A DNA stretch of 64,000 nt from a virus, in IMG/VR virus record IMGVR_UViG_3300022902_000006. The stretch is one strand, 5' to 3'. The notes below the pieces were generated by a model, which was not told the DNA's origin, did no database searches, and was given only the letters and a program-made list of their open reading frames with translations. Position numbers and translations under genes: made by a program. Every line of letters starts with the position of its first letter. The first letter of the stretch is position 1. Below, piece after piece: positions 1 through 9,218 of this stretch.

Positions 1-93
1 CAAGAAGGGTCTGCGCCGCTTCCGCAAAACGTCCTCCGCGCCCCCGACTCGCCGAGCCTCCACCGTCGCCGCTGCCCTCGGCCTCATCTCACG

Positions 94-702
94 ATGCCCC
101 TCTTCCAAGTAACAGATGCACGCCTACGCGTCGAACACGCGAAGTGGCACAATGTGTTCAACCGCTACCGTGGCCCTATCCCATTGGGGTTGTGCTTCAC
201 GTGCATGATCGCAGACACCAACGGAAACGCAGCCACCCCCAGAGCACCACGCCTCGAAGGCATCATGGGTATACACCTTCGAGAAGGTCTCAGCATCGGC
301 CTCACGCGTGAAGACTTCGTGAAAGACACCAACAACATCTACGCCTGGTGCACGTACGTCAACGCACTCGCCGATGCGGTGCACACCGCGTACCCAAAAA
401 GGTGGTTACGCGCAGACTACGACTTCTGGAGCGCCGTACGTCTCTACCAACTGCTGGGCGCGCTACACTTCGCCAACTTCCCAAAAAAAGCAACCATCGA
501 AGCCATCGAACAGATGCTGGCTACGAACCCCACCATCGCAGTGTCCCACGTCGTGATCAACAGACAACTCATGGCGCACACAAAACGAGTGCGCACAGCG
601 TGTAAACTACTCGACGGCGCGGACAAAAAAGGATCCGTTTTCTCAACCCGGCCAAATACACTCCCTGGCAACGGATTGCAGCGCTTGGAGGCCACAGCAT
701 GA
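94..702 (+). CDS. hypothetical protein (202 aa)
   Basis: Open frame overlapping the next start (ATGA); no family recognised. Confidence 0.6.
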   Translation: MPLFQVTDARLRVEHAKWHNVFNRYRGPIPLGLCFTCMIADTNGNAATPRAPRLEGIMGIHLREGLSIGLTREDFVKDTNNIYAWCTYVNALADAVHTAYPKRWLRADYDFWSAVRLYQLLGALHFANFPKKATIEAIEQMLATNPTIAVSHVVINRQLMAHTKRVRTACKLLDGADKKGSVFSTRPNTLPGNGLQRLEATA

Positions 703-1493
703 ACACGGAGAAAACAGAAACGGAGGAACTGGCACAGGTAGTACAACGCCTGCTGCCTCCAAAATTCCGCCCTGCAGCAAAAGCAAGTCGTCTGCTCGAA
801 AATATAACAGACCCGGAGCCCACCATGACGCCAACAATCCAAGGTAAGACCGCTGCACTGGTCCTCCTCAAAATCGCAGCCCCCGCCCCGGGACCCTACC
901 AGGACCCCAGCGCCAGCACCGACGCAGGCGACATCACCTCCACGCTCCTTGGGGGCATTCCTGTACTTGGCCCCGCAGCCGCAGGTCTCGCCAGCGGGTA
1001 CATGACTCCACGAAACAACACCAGCGTCGGGGCCATGACCACCGCAGGTAGTGCCTTCGGGCAGGCCGCTGGTGGCATGGGTGGCGCGGCCATCGGTGCG
1101 GGCCTGGGAGCTGGTGGTCTGGCCCTGGCCAAACGCCTGGGCTTCGACCCCGGCATCAGCACGGGTGACGCAGCCGCGATCGGTGGCCTCCTGGGTGGTG
1201 GCCTCGGCATGATCGGCGGTGGAAGCTACGGTGCCAGCCGAGGGCGCGACGCTACCGAGAGCGCGGCCATGAAAAGCGAGATTCGTGGCATTGTCCAAGA
1301 ACAGCTCGCCCAGGCGCGTGAACAGCGTCGTGCCGCGCAGCAACAACGGGCAATCATCGACTCTCGCCGCCAGGGTGCCCAGATTGGTGCCCAGCGTGGG
1401 ATGCAGCTCTACGCCCGGAAGCTCCATGAAGCAATGCGTCAGCGTCAGCAACAGCGTCAGCAACCACAGCAGCAGCCCCAATACTTCCAGTAG
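699..1493 (+). CDS. glycine-zipper protein, putative virion/internal protein
   Basis: GxxxG-rich hydrophobic stretches (GGMGGAAIGAGLGAGGLA; GGLLGGGLGMIGGG) and a Gln-rich coiled C-terminus. Confidence 0.7.
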   Translation: MNTEKTETEELAQVVQRLLPPKFRPAAKASRLLENITDPEPTMTPTIQGKTAALVLLKIAAPAPGPYQDPSASTDAGDITSTLLGGIPVLGPAAAGLASGYMTPRNNTSVGAMTTAGSAFGQAAGGMGGAAIGAGLGAGGLALAKRLGFDPGISTGDAAAIGGLLGGGLGMIGGGSYGASRGRDATESAAMKSEIRGIVQEQLAQAREQRRAAQQQRAIIDSRRQGAQIGAQRGMQLYARKLHEAMRQRQQQRQQPQQQPQYFQ

Positions 1494-1502
1494 GAGAGGC
1501 AG

Positions 1503-1871
1503 ATGGCCCGTGAACTCAAAGTAACCGCCACCGTCGAATGGCCCATGGTCGCAGGTCAGCAGGCCATGAAGATCCCCCTCGCCGTCGCGTTGACGTACGA
1601 AGAGGCCGTCGCCATCGAGAACAAGTACGCCAGTCCAGTTACGGATGAGGCCGTCACGCTCCCCATGACCACTGCCAAGTTCCTTCTCGTACAGTGCACA
1701 GGGGAAAACGCCTCCATCAAGATCAACGGCGGTGGTGCCATCCCCATCACGAAAACCGTGGGCACCACTGGGGGCTTCGCAATGGTCTGGAGCAACGACG
1801 GCGCAATCACAGCCTTGTCTGTCACGCTCGCCGCTGCACCCGCCACCGTCACCATTCTCGCGTTCGCGTAG
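1503..1871 (+). CDS. putative virion structural protein (beta-rich, 122 aa)
   Basis: GGAG RBS; T/V/A-rich beta-type composition; structural-gene context. Confidence 0.65.
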   Translation: MARELKVTATVEWPMVAGQQAMKIPLAVALTYEEAVAIENKYASPVTDEAVTLPMTTAKFLLVQCTGENASIKINGGGAIPITKTVGTTGGFAMVWSNDGAITALSVTLAAAPATVTILAFA

Positions 1872-1882
1872 GGAGAACCACC

Positions 1883-2686
1883 ATGGATAAAATCGCCATC
1901 CGTCAGTTCGCACAAAACCTACTGCGCCGCACGCAGGGGGCGAAGGGGCACATACCCGGTGCAAACCAGCTCAACCTCGCCGCGAGCCCCCAGAACGCCG
2001 CAGCCGGGGGTGGTCTCCTGGGTGGGGCCGCAGGCGCAGCCAGCGGGGACGACTACTCCCTGTCCCGCATCCTCGGAGGCGCAGCAGCGGGCGCGGGTCT
2101 GGGATACGGCGGTGCCAAGGGGTTGAAACACCTGACGGGCCAGCGACACGGGTCGCGCCTACTGGGACCGGGGGTCGGAGTTCCACGACAACCACCCCCT
2201 TCCTCTGGTGCGCCCATCATCACACCTTCACCCGCAGGAGCGGCAGGGGGGACTGCGGCAACCCCCGCGCGCCAAGCAGGCCAAGAAGCGGCGCGGAAGC
2301 AACTCGCGCTGCCTCAACACGCAGGACAGACCCAGCAGGGTGCTGTCGAGCTGGAAGCAGGTCTCCCGTCGCTGGCCGAACGCGCTGCGCCACGCGTCGC
2401 ACCCCCATCCAGCGGACGCCCCATCGAGCTGGGCCAAACCGCAGGCAAGTCTGAGGGCATGGGCGCGGCTGCGAAAAGCTGGATGAACACCCCCGAGGGG
2501 AAGAACCAAATGTTCAACGACCTCCGCCGTAAGATACAAGCTGGTAAGCCGCTCAGTTCACAAGAGCAGGGTCTCGCCCGGCAACTCGGGGTTCCCCCCC
2601 AGAACCTCCCCGGCCCTGGACTCGGACGCATCCCCACTCCACAGCAAGCCCCCACTCCACCAATCTACGGCCCATTCGGCATGTAA
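1883..2686 (+). CDS. Gly/Pro/Ala-rich glycine-zipper protein
   Basis: ATG at 1883 after GGGAGA; GGGLLGGAAGAASG motif. Confidence 0.7.
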   Translation: MDKIAIRQFAQNLLRRTQGAKGHIPGANQLNLAASPQNAAAGGGLLGGAAGAASGDDYSLSRILGGAAAGAGLGYGGAKGLKHLTGQRHGSRLLGPGVGVPRQPPPSSGAPIITPSPAGAAGGTAATPARQAGQEAARKQLALPQHAGQTQQGAVELEAGLPSLAERAAPRVAPPSSGRPIELGQTAGKSEGMGAAAKSWMNTPEGKNQMFNDLRRKIQAGKPLSSQEQGLARQLGVPPQNLPGPGLGRIPTPQQAPTPPIYGPFGM

Positions 2687-2687
2687 G

Positions 2688-2933
2688 GTGCGAAAGCTCG
2701 GGCAAATACACGCACTTGCGTCGCTAGGTTACGGCGTAAAGCACGCAAGTGCGATGATACCCGTCCAGGGATCCAGGGACCCATACAGCGACGTGCAGCG
2801 TAAGTTGACCGACGCCTTCTCTGTTAAGATGCCGAAGTTCGACATCTCCGAATCCCTCTCTCGCATGTTGGGTAACCCATTCAAGCAACCCCAGGATCAA
2901 ATTGCGGGGAAGATAACGCCAGTGAGGATGTGA
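2688..2933 (+). CDS. hypothetical protein
   Basis: Coupled to neighbours; ALxxLG motif shared with neighbours. Confidence 0.6.
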   Translation: MRKLGQIHALASLGYGVKHASAMIPVQGSRDPYSDVQRKLTDAFSVKMPKFDISESLSRMLGNPFKQPQDQIAGKITPVRM

Positions 2934-3718
2934 TGATGCCCTCTCCCTACTACAAATTCGCCACCACCGCACTCGGCATCCTGGCTGAACAGGAGAAGCT
3001 CGCCAAACACAAGCTCTCCCGCCGCATGGACTTCCATGGCCTGAAGATCTCCATCGAGACGGACAAGGGCGAGTTCCGCCACTGGTATGACCCTCACAAC
3101 AAGGAGAAGGGTAAGACCAAGATGTCCCACCCCTACGGCTACATTCGCCGTACAGAGGGTGTGGACGGCGACCACGTGGACGTCTACATAGGCCCCCACC
3201 TCGATGCCCCCTTCGTCTACATCGTGCACCAGATGAAGGCCCCCGACTTCACCGCGTACGACGAAGACAAGTGCATGTTGGGGTTCCAAAACGCTGCTGA
3301 CGCGAAGGCCGCATACCTCACCAACTTCAATGACGACCGTTTCTTTGGTACCATGGACAAATTACCGTTCGCCACTTTCAAGACGAAGGTCATGGCCACG
3401 TTCAACAACCCAAAGAAGGTCACCGGACAGCGCCTCAAGAGCGCCGAACTCGCCTACCAGGTCAAGGTGAGCAACGCATTCACAAACCTGTTCCGGCGCG
3501 CGCCCAAACCTGCTGCTCCTGCTGCCGTACCTGGGATGCCGTCCTCGGCGTGGGCACTCGCCGCTCCCGCTGTAGGTGTCCCACTCGGCCTTGGTGCTGC
3601 ATCAGCGTACACGAATCACCAAGTACCACCCCCACCATCACCTGACCAGAGTGTGGTCACCACAGCGGGTAACTACCTGAAGGACCTATTGGGCGTCGCG
3701 CCCACGACTGAGGATTAG
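2930..3718 (+). CDS. inorganic pyrophosphatase-like (InPase, phage polyvalent-protein type) domain protein
   Basis: GLKISIE...YGYIRRTEGVDGDHVDVYIG...DEDKCMLGF...AKAAY matches the InPase domain signature. Confidence 0.8.
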   Translation: MMMPSPYYKFATTALGILAEQEKLAKHKLSRRMDFHGLKISIETDKGEFRHWYDPHNKEKGKTKMSHPYGYIRRTEGVDGDHVDVYIGPHLDAPFVYIVHQMKAPDFTAYDEDKCMLGFQNAADAKAAYLTNFNDDRFFGTMDKLPFATFKTKVMATFNNPKKVTGQRLKSAELAYQVKVSNAFTNLFRRAPKPAAPAAVPGMPSSAWALAAPAVGVPLGLGAASAYTNHQVPPPPSPDQSVVTTAGNYLKDLLGVAPTTED

Positions 3719-3720
3719 CA

Positions 3721-4584
3721 ATGAACCCACGTGAGCACCAAGCACTACTCATCAAACTCGGACTGGATACAAGCCAGGGTATCCCTGCTGGGTCCATGGA
3801 AGAGCAGCTCCTCGGGTACGGGAAGCCCCTGCTCGCCATCGGTGGTGGCGCTGCTGGTGGTGCCATCCTGGGTGGCTTGGGCGACAAGCTACTGGGGACC
3901 GCACTCAACCGTCAAGACCTCCCACCAATCCTCACCATGTTGGGTATGGCGGGTGGTGGCTACGGCGGGTACCAAGCAGCACAGCCCACCGATGGACAAT
4001 CCAGCTTCTGGGATAAAATCCGCAGGAAGACCAACGACGCCTCGCAGAGCGTCTTCGGTAGCAACTGGACCGAACCCCAAGGCACGGGCGGTGTGGGCGC
4101 AGGGGCATTCAGAGACACCACCTCGAAAGACGCAGCGTTCCTCGGCGACAACGTCCCCAGCATCACCCCTCGGCCTCAACCCCCCATGCCCAACAAGGTG
4201 GCCGCTGCACAACCATCCTTGGGTGACCCCGACTACTGGGCGGGGGGCCAAGCTGAGATCATCAAGCAGCAACTCGCCTCTCAAGGGGGCACTCCGATGC
4301 CCGAGGCCCCTATGCCCGAGGCTTCCGCACCCGGCGGTGCAGAGGGCGGCGGATCCACTGGCGTGGAGCAAGTAGCGGCGCAGCTCCCCCCGGGGTCCTT
4401 CCAGGGACTCAACATCCGTGTGACGCCCGAAGGAAAACGCTCCACGGGCCTGAAGGTCACCCCGGATGCCTTGGCTTCTCCCGAGGTGCTGCAGCAGGTA
4501 TTCCAGACAGAACCCGAAGCCCGCATCGAAATCACCTCACCCGAGACCTCCGCATCCGTGACGAGCTTCAGTGAGCGTGGCTGA
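3721..4584 (+). CDS. glycine-zipper protein, putative virion protein
   Basis: GGGAAGGAILGGLG and LGMAGGGYGGY motifs. Confidence 0.7.
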   Translation: MNPREHQALLIKLGLDTSQGIPAGSMEEQLLGYGKPLLAIGGGAAGGAILGGLGDKLLGTALNRQDLPPILTMLGMAGGGYGGYQAAQPTDGQSSFWDKIRRKTNDASQSVFGSNWTEPQGTGGVGAGAFRDTTSKDAAFLGDNVPSITPRPQPPMPNKVAAAQPSLGDPDYWAGGQAEIIKQQLASQGGTPMPEAPMPEASAPGGAEGGGSTGVEQVAAQLPPGSFQGLNIRVTPEGKRSTGLKVTPDALASPEVLQQVFQTEPEARIEITSPETSASVTSFSERG

Positions 4585-4901
4585 TGTCCCAGCACGCACA
4601 CCATGGGGCCGCTGCCGCCCTTACGAAGCTGGGGTTCAACGTGGGCCTGTACCCCTACTTCCCACGCACTGAGGAAGCCACTCCTCCCACTGCGAAGAAA
4701 CCCGAACGCGACCCCTGGACCAAGGTTCGCATGATGGGTCCCGCCGTCGGAGCAACCACTGGGGGTGTCCTGGGTTTGGTCTCAGCCCTACGCAACCCCC
4801 GCAGCATCGGGAAGACCCTCAAGCACACCCTCGGCGGTGCAGGCACGGGCTCTCTGCTCGGCTGGGCACCCGACTTCTACTCCACCGCATACGAAGCATA
4901 A
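4584..4901 (+). CDS. small glycine-zipper protein
   Basis: TGA/ATG overlap; GGVLGLV and GGAGTGSLLG. Confidence 0.7.
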   Translation: MSQHAHHGAAAALTKLGFNVGLYPYFPRTEEATPPTAKKPERDPWTKVRMMGPAVGATTGGVLGLVSALRNPRSIGKTLKHTLGGAGTGSLLGWAPDFYSTAYEA

Positions 4902-4928
4902 CCCCCTACATTCACGTACATAGCTCCC

Positions 4929-4960
4929 TTGACAGCTACACCATTTGTATGTTTATCTTA
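4929..4960 (+). promoter_or_regulatory. sigma70-like promoter candidate
   Basis: TTGACA at 4930-4935 followed by an AT-rich -10 region upstream of ATG 4966. Confidence 0.4.
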
Positions 4961-4965
4961 CCAAC

Positions 4966-5439
4966 ATGGAAAATGACCACCGACTCATTGTACGCCTACG
5001 CAGCATGGATGCGCCGCCTGCCACACGCAGCCTGATACACCTCCGTGTTTCCCAACTCGGATTCAAGATGGCACGCACCACACGCTTCGAACTCCACGCC
5101 AACGCCGAACGCTTCACCACCATTTTCGAATACGCAGGTGCCCCCCGCCTCCTACCCCCTGACATGGACCGCTGCACCGCCGCGATGTTCATCCTCGCCA
5201 ATGACGCCAGCACCGACCTCATGGTGACCTATGTCGACGCCCAACTGCATATGACCCCCATCGGCCACATCCAGAACCTCGATGTGGTCCTCACCCCTGA
5301 TACCCGCGACGTGAAAATCCGCCTCGTACGTGCTAATGGTGTAGGGCTATCCGACGCCCTCATGGAAGAGATCGCCACTCTCGGCGGCATCGAATTCATG
5401 GTCGACGAAATCGGGGAGACCCCAGAGGAACCTGCGTAA
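4966..5439 (+). CDS. hypothetical protein
   Basis: ORF; TAATG overlap with next gene. Confidence 0.65.
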   Translation: MENDHRLIVRLRSMDAPPATRSLIHLRVSQLGFKMARTTRFELHANAERFTTIFEYAGAPRLLPPDMDRCTAAMFILANDASTDLMVTYVDAQLHMTPIGHIQNLDVVLTPDTRDVKIRLVRANGVGLSDALMEEIATLGGIEFMVDEIGETPEEPA

Positions 5440-5756
5440 TGCCCACCATCATGCAAAACTTCGGCTGTTTGAAATGTGGCCACGTACAGGAAGAGTTGCT
5501 TCACGGCAACTACACCGCTGGTGCGCCCTACACCGCCGACGATGTAAAGTGTGAAGAATGTGGGGGTAAGATGAGCCCTGAAGTACCTGCCACCCACACC
5601 TTCAGTACCATCGTACCCACGACCAACACCAGCAAGCGTCACAAGGCAGGTTATGTTCACCAATACGTGGACCGCCCCGCCGAGAAGACCTCAGTGGGTC
5701 CCATGGGGGGTGTCACCAAGGGAGTGCACAAGGGAACGGGTTGCCTGAATGAATAA
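5439..5756 (+). CDS. FmdB-like zinc-ribbon protein
   Basis: N-terminal CLKCGH and CEECGG knuckles. Confidence 0.65.
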   Translation: MPTIMQNFGCLKCGHVQEELLHGNYTAGAPYTADDVKCEECGGKMSPEVPATHTFSTIVPTTNTSKRHKAGYVHQYVDRPAEKTSVGPMGGVTKGVHKGTGCLNE

Positions 5757-6423
5757 GAAGAAACCTATATCCCGCCCCCTCTTCTGGGTTGAAGGCATCA
5801 TCGGCTGCGGTAAAACCACCTTCTGCCGCGAAGTAGGGAAGCGCCTCAAGCTGCGTGTCATTGAGGAGCCCGTCGCCGAAAACCCGTACCTCGCACCCTT
5901 CTACGACAACCCCGCAGATCACGCCTTCGCCATGCAGATCTTCCTCCTCGGAAAACGACACGCCATGCAGCAGCTCGCCGCGTGGGAGTCCACTGGGGTA
6001 GGCGGATACGGCGGAGCCATGCTTGACCGCTCACTGGCCGGGGACCGTGTCTTCGCCAAGCTGCACCGCGACGCGGGGAACATCACTGCCCTCGACTGGG
6101 AAACCTACGAGATGTGGTACGACATCGCGTGCCGCAACCTCCTGCCGCCCACACGCATCATCTACCTTGACGCGTCCCCTGAGACTGCGCTGGAGCGCAT
6201 CCGCAAGCGCACCGAGGAAGACCCAAAGACACGGGGGTGTGAGTCCAAAATCCTGCTCCCCTATTTGCAACAACTCGAAGCGGGCTACCACGCACTGCTC
6301 GCCGAAGCCCGCGTGGGGTTGCTGCCTTGGGCACACGCCATAACCGTGAAAGAGATGGTGTGGGACCCAATCAACGACCACCCGGACTGGGACCGCATCG
6401 CAAACAATGTGGCCCAGGACTAA
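5749..6423 (+). CDS. deoxynucleoside kinase
   Basis: P-loop EGIIGCGKTT, EEPV, DRS motif, IYLDASPETALERIRKR lid. Confidence 0.9.
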   Translation: MNKKKPISRPLFWVEGIIGCGKTTFCREVGKRLKLRVIEEPVAENPYLAPFYDNPADHAFAMQIFLLGKRHAMQQLAAWESTGVGGYGGAMLDRSLAGDRVFAKLHRDAGNITALDWETYEMWYDIACRNLLPPTRIIYLDASPETALERIRKRTEEDPKTRGCESKILLPYLQQLEAGYHALLAEARVGLLPWAHAITVKEMVWDPINDHPDWDRIANNVAQD

Positions 6424-6424
6424 C

Positions 6425-6640
6425 ATGCGCGGCATCGAATACACGTACCCCCTTGCGCTAGGTGACTTCCTACAAGACCATGGAGACGGGACCTACTCCA
6501 CTTTACGTGGTAAATACCAAGGTGCCCTGACCAACGCTCCTACTGGATACATCCGAAACTTCGTACTAAAAAAATGGGACCTCACTGACCAAGAACGCCG
6601 CGTGCTAACGCGGTACAGCGTAAAGGATAAAGAAAAATGA
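6425..6640 (+). CDS. hypothetical protein
   Basis: Short ORF in operon. Confidence 0.5.
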   Translation: MRGIEYTYPLALGDFLQDHGDGTYSTLRGKYQGALTNAPTGYIRNFVLKKWDLTDQERRVLTRYSVKDKEK

Positions 6641-7230
6641 GTGGAAACCAAGATGGCGACAACCCCTCAGTCAAGATGTCCGCTGGCCCCGGAGATATGT
6701 TCTCCAGCATGCTCGCTGCAGGAGCAGAACGGGATGTGGCCAAAGAGGCGCTTGATGCTGCACTTCGTCGGCTCCCCACACACTACACTGAAGAAGTTGA
6801 TGTGGGTTGCACGGAATTCGGCCAACTGGACCGCAACAACAAAAACACGTTGGGGATGTGCATCTCAAACGACGTGGCCTGCGTACGCCCCCTTGGGGGT
6901 GATGGCCCTGATACTCCACCCAAAACCCTCGTGTGGGTGCCCGTCACAAAGATCGAACTGGAAAGGCGCGAGTGGCCTATTGGTACCCATGGTCCCACGG
7001 ACACAGCAGAGAACCTCGCCGACTCCGTCATTGCAGCCATCACCCACGATGTACTCCAGGTGCTGAACCCCACCTTGAGTAACCTGGAGTTCCGCGTCCT
7101 GCGCATCAGCGTCATCAACGAAACGACGACCCTGTGCTTCTCCAGAGAGGCCGATATCCTCGTCCTCGATGGGGCCATCACCGCCCTCATCTTCACCGTA
7201 TCTGAACCAGAGGTTGACAGCGCGGGGTAA
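6637..7230 (+). CDS. hypothetical protein
   Basis: ATGA overlap; followed by terminator. Confidence 0.65.
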   Translation: MSGNQDGDNPSVKMSAGPGDMFSSMLAAGAERDVAKEALDAALRRLPTHYTEEVDVGCTEFGQLDRNNKNTLGMCISNDVACVRPLGGDGPDTPPKTLVWVPVTKIELERREWPIGTHGPTDTAENLADSVIAAITHDVLQVLNPTLSNLEFRVLRISVINETTTLCFSREADILVLDGAITALIFTVSEPEVDSAG

Positions 7231-7288
7231 GTACCCCTACACTTTACGTCAGCCGTGGTAATAACTCTCCTGTTGGTCAGTAAAAGGT

Positions 7289-7320
7289 AAAGGGCCTGGA
7301 AACGGGCCTTTTGCTTTTTG
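7289..7320 (+). terminator. intrinsic terminator
   Basis: AGGGCC-loop-GGCCTT stem followed by T-rich tract. Confidence 0.6.
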
Positions 7321-7383
7321 GGGTGCACAATGCGTAGCTCCATTGCTCCCATACGCCGCTTCAATAAACAAAACACCTCCCCA

Positions 7384-7893
7384 ATGGACGCACTTCTAGC
7401 GTACTTCGAAGAGCTGCGTGTGCATTGCCGCAACAACGTACAGGGACACATGCTCAACGCGCCTGCAAGTGCGTCTACGGCCACCAGTTGGAAGGTATCG
7501 GTGACTTCCAGCATCATCACTGTGAACGGCGTAACCAAATCCCTCCACAACAGCGGCTCCGACTACATCGTCTACTCAAGTGGCACCCCCATCATAGGGG
7601 CTAACCAATCTTGCGTCGCAGCGTTCATCGCGTATATCAACAGCGGCAGCATCACCCACACCGCCATGCTTGGCACCGCTGCGACTACCGGGGTTGCCCC
7701 CACCGCTGCACAGATCACTTCCGCCCTAACCGAACGCCCCTGGATCCGCCTTGGAGAAACAACACTCCATGATACTGGTGGTGTCATCACGCAGAGCTAC
7801 GACAGCGCTCGCCGCCCCATCCTCGGTGTCACTGTAGCGCCAACGATTGGGGACTGCTCCTTCATTGACCGCCTCAAAGACGCTGGCTTATAA
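7384..7893 (+). CDS. putative structural protein
   Basis: T/S/A/G-rich beta-type composition. Confidence 0.6.
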   Translation: MDALLAYFEELRVHCRNNVQGHMLNAPASASTATSWKVSVTSSIITVNGVTKSLHNSGSDYIVYSSGTPIIGANQSCVAAFIAYINSGSITHTAMLGTAATTGVAPTAAQITSALTERPWIRLGETTLHDTGGVITQSYDSARRPILGVTVAPTIGDCSFIDRLKDAGL

Positions 7894-7900
7894 TCCACAC

Positions 7901-8467
7901 ATGGCTGAGACCGACACCCCAACCCCTCCAAAGAAATCACCCATCACCATCTGGGCAACAGCAATTGCTACGATACTCACCGCTGCCACCGGACTCGTTC
8001 TAGGGCTTGTGGCTGTCTACAGTGGGGAAGATGGAGCTAAAAAAGCGTACACCATCACCAAGGATGTCATCGAACGACAACAGAAGGATATCGAGGACGC
8101 TTGGAAGGATATTGACAAAGCAAACGACCGCATCGACGTGCTCTACGCCATGCTGATCGGTAAGGTCCCTACATCGTCACCTCATCACCGTGTCAAAACA
8201 GAAGTGGAAGAAGAGCGTAGGTCTCCCGCCCATGTGCGTATGCGCATGACCACACGCCGCGTACGCGTCCCCACAGCACACCGCCGCCCCACCCCCGTTG
8301 CTCGCATTGAGACTGCATCTGCAGCGGTCCCCGACACCCGAGACACCCTCAGCCCCGACGCAGGTGTTGGTCCTGACATCACCATGCCCAAGGCCCTCAA
8401 GCGCGTACACCGCGCTCCTCGTCGCCCCAAGAAGGCAATGCCCGCGTGGGGCCAAGTACAACAGTAG
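7901..8467 (+). CDS. membrane-anchored coiled-coil protein
   Basis: One N-terminal hydrophobic helix, then coiled coil and basic tail. Confidence 0.65.
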   Translation: MAETDTPTPPKKSPITIWATAIATILTAATGLVLGLVAVYSGEDGAKKAYTITKDVIERQQKDIEDAWKDIDKANDRIDVLYAMLIGKVPTSSPHHRVKTEVEEERRSPAHVRMRMTTRRVRVPTAHRRPTPVARIETASAAVPDTRDTLSPDAGVGPDITMPKALKRVHRAPRRPKKAMPAWGQVQQ

Positions 8468-8472
8468 GATCT

Positions 8473-8501
8473 AAAAACTCCATGTCGTCCTGACCATGGA
8501 G
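8473..8501 (-). terminator. intrinsic terminator (possibly bidirectional)
   Basis: CTCCATG/CATGGAG stem followed by TTTTT on - strand. Confidence 0.7.
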
Positions 8502-8790
8502 GTAGCACCCACTTGAATCCTTGCAGAGGTATGAGTCCAGTCGTCGAAAGGCGCCTTTCGTACCGTGAGGAATACTTCAATTTGCGTACAAAGCGAATGA
8601 CTTCTTCACCTTTTACAGCGAGTAGTAAATTGAAGTAATCGGAGCGGTACGAAAGGATGCCGATCGTTACTGGAACTCATGTTGGCCTTTGTCGGGAACT
8701 GGTGACTGTAAAAAAGGCCGTCGACGATGTATGGTGAAAATCTCGACGTTACGCCGAGGGGTGATCGTCACATCACACTACTGGGTACTA
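8473..8790 (-). ncRNA. structured non-coding RNA of unknown class (~320 nt)
   Basis: 150-nt rod 8531-8680 (8554-8565 pairs 8645-8656; 8573-8583 pairs 8627-8637), hairpin 8684-8719, upstream GGTATAAG element and downstream terminator on - strand. Confidence 0.65.
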
Positions 8791-8859
8791 CATTTTCTTA
8801 TACCAACCCCTTGACACTAATTCGCACGTGCTTACCCTATAAACACAGAGGAGAAAACG

Positions 8860-9208
8860 ATGCGACCTTGCCCTTGCTAAACACCCCGAGCCCCACAACC
8901 CCCTGACTCACTACATCATCGTGCGCCGAGATATCCCCCGAGGCGTGCAAGCTGCCCAGATTACCCACGCAGCAGGTGAGTCCAGCCCTGGCGACCTTGC
9001 CAGCGGCACCTACGCAGTCGTGCTAACCGTCCCTGACGAAGCCGAGCTGCGTGCCCTCAGCGCCCGTCTACACACCAAAGAGATTCGCCACAGGACCATC
9101 TGTGAGAACGCACCTGCGTACGCTGGCCAGGCCATGGCCATCGGCGCCGAGCCTGCGCCCCGCAGCGTACTGAGGAGGCACTTCAGCAGCTTACCGCTGC
9201 TTCGATAA
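8860..9208 (+). CDS. peptidyl-tRNA hydrolase type 2 (Pth2)-like protein; start out of frame
   Basis: HYIIVRRDIPRGVQAAQITHAAGES, VVLTVPDE, AMAIG resemble Pth2; the strong RBS+ATG at 8860 reads MRPCPC* one base out of frame. Confidence 0.65.
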
Positions 9209-9218
9209 GTAGTACCCC

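Noticed and set aside
444-1964. 506-aa - strand ORF (also 14830-15906 +, 35118-36056 +, 59057-59950 +)
   Set aside because: Antisense shadows of well-supported genes in GC-rich DNA; no RBS or motifs
8473-8790. tmRNA, RNase P, 6S or retron msr-msd identity for the ncRNA
   Set aside because: No tRNA-like ends or tag ORF, no RNase P conserved motifs, no large central bubble, no reverse transcriptase in the window
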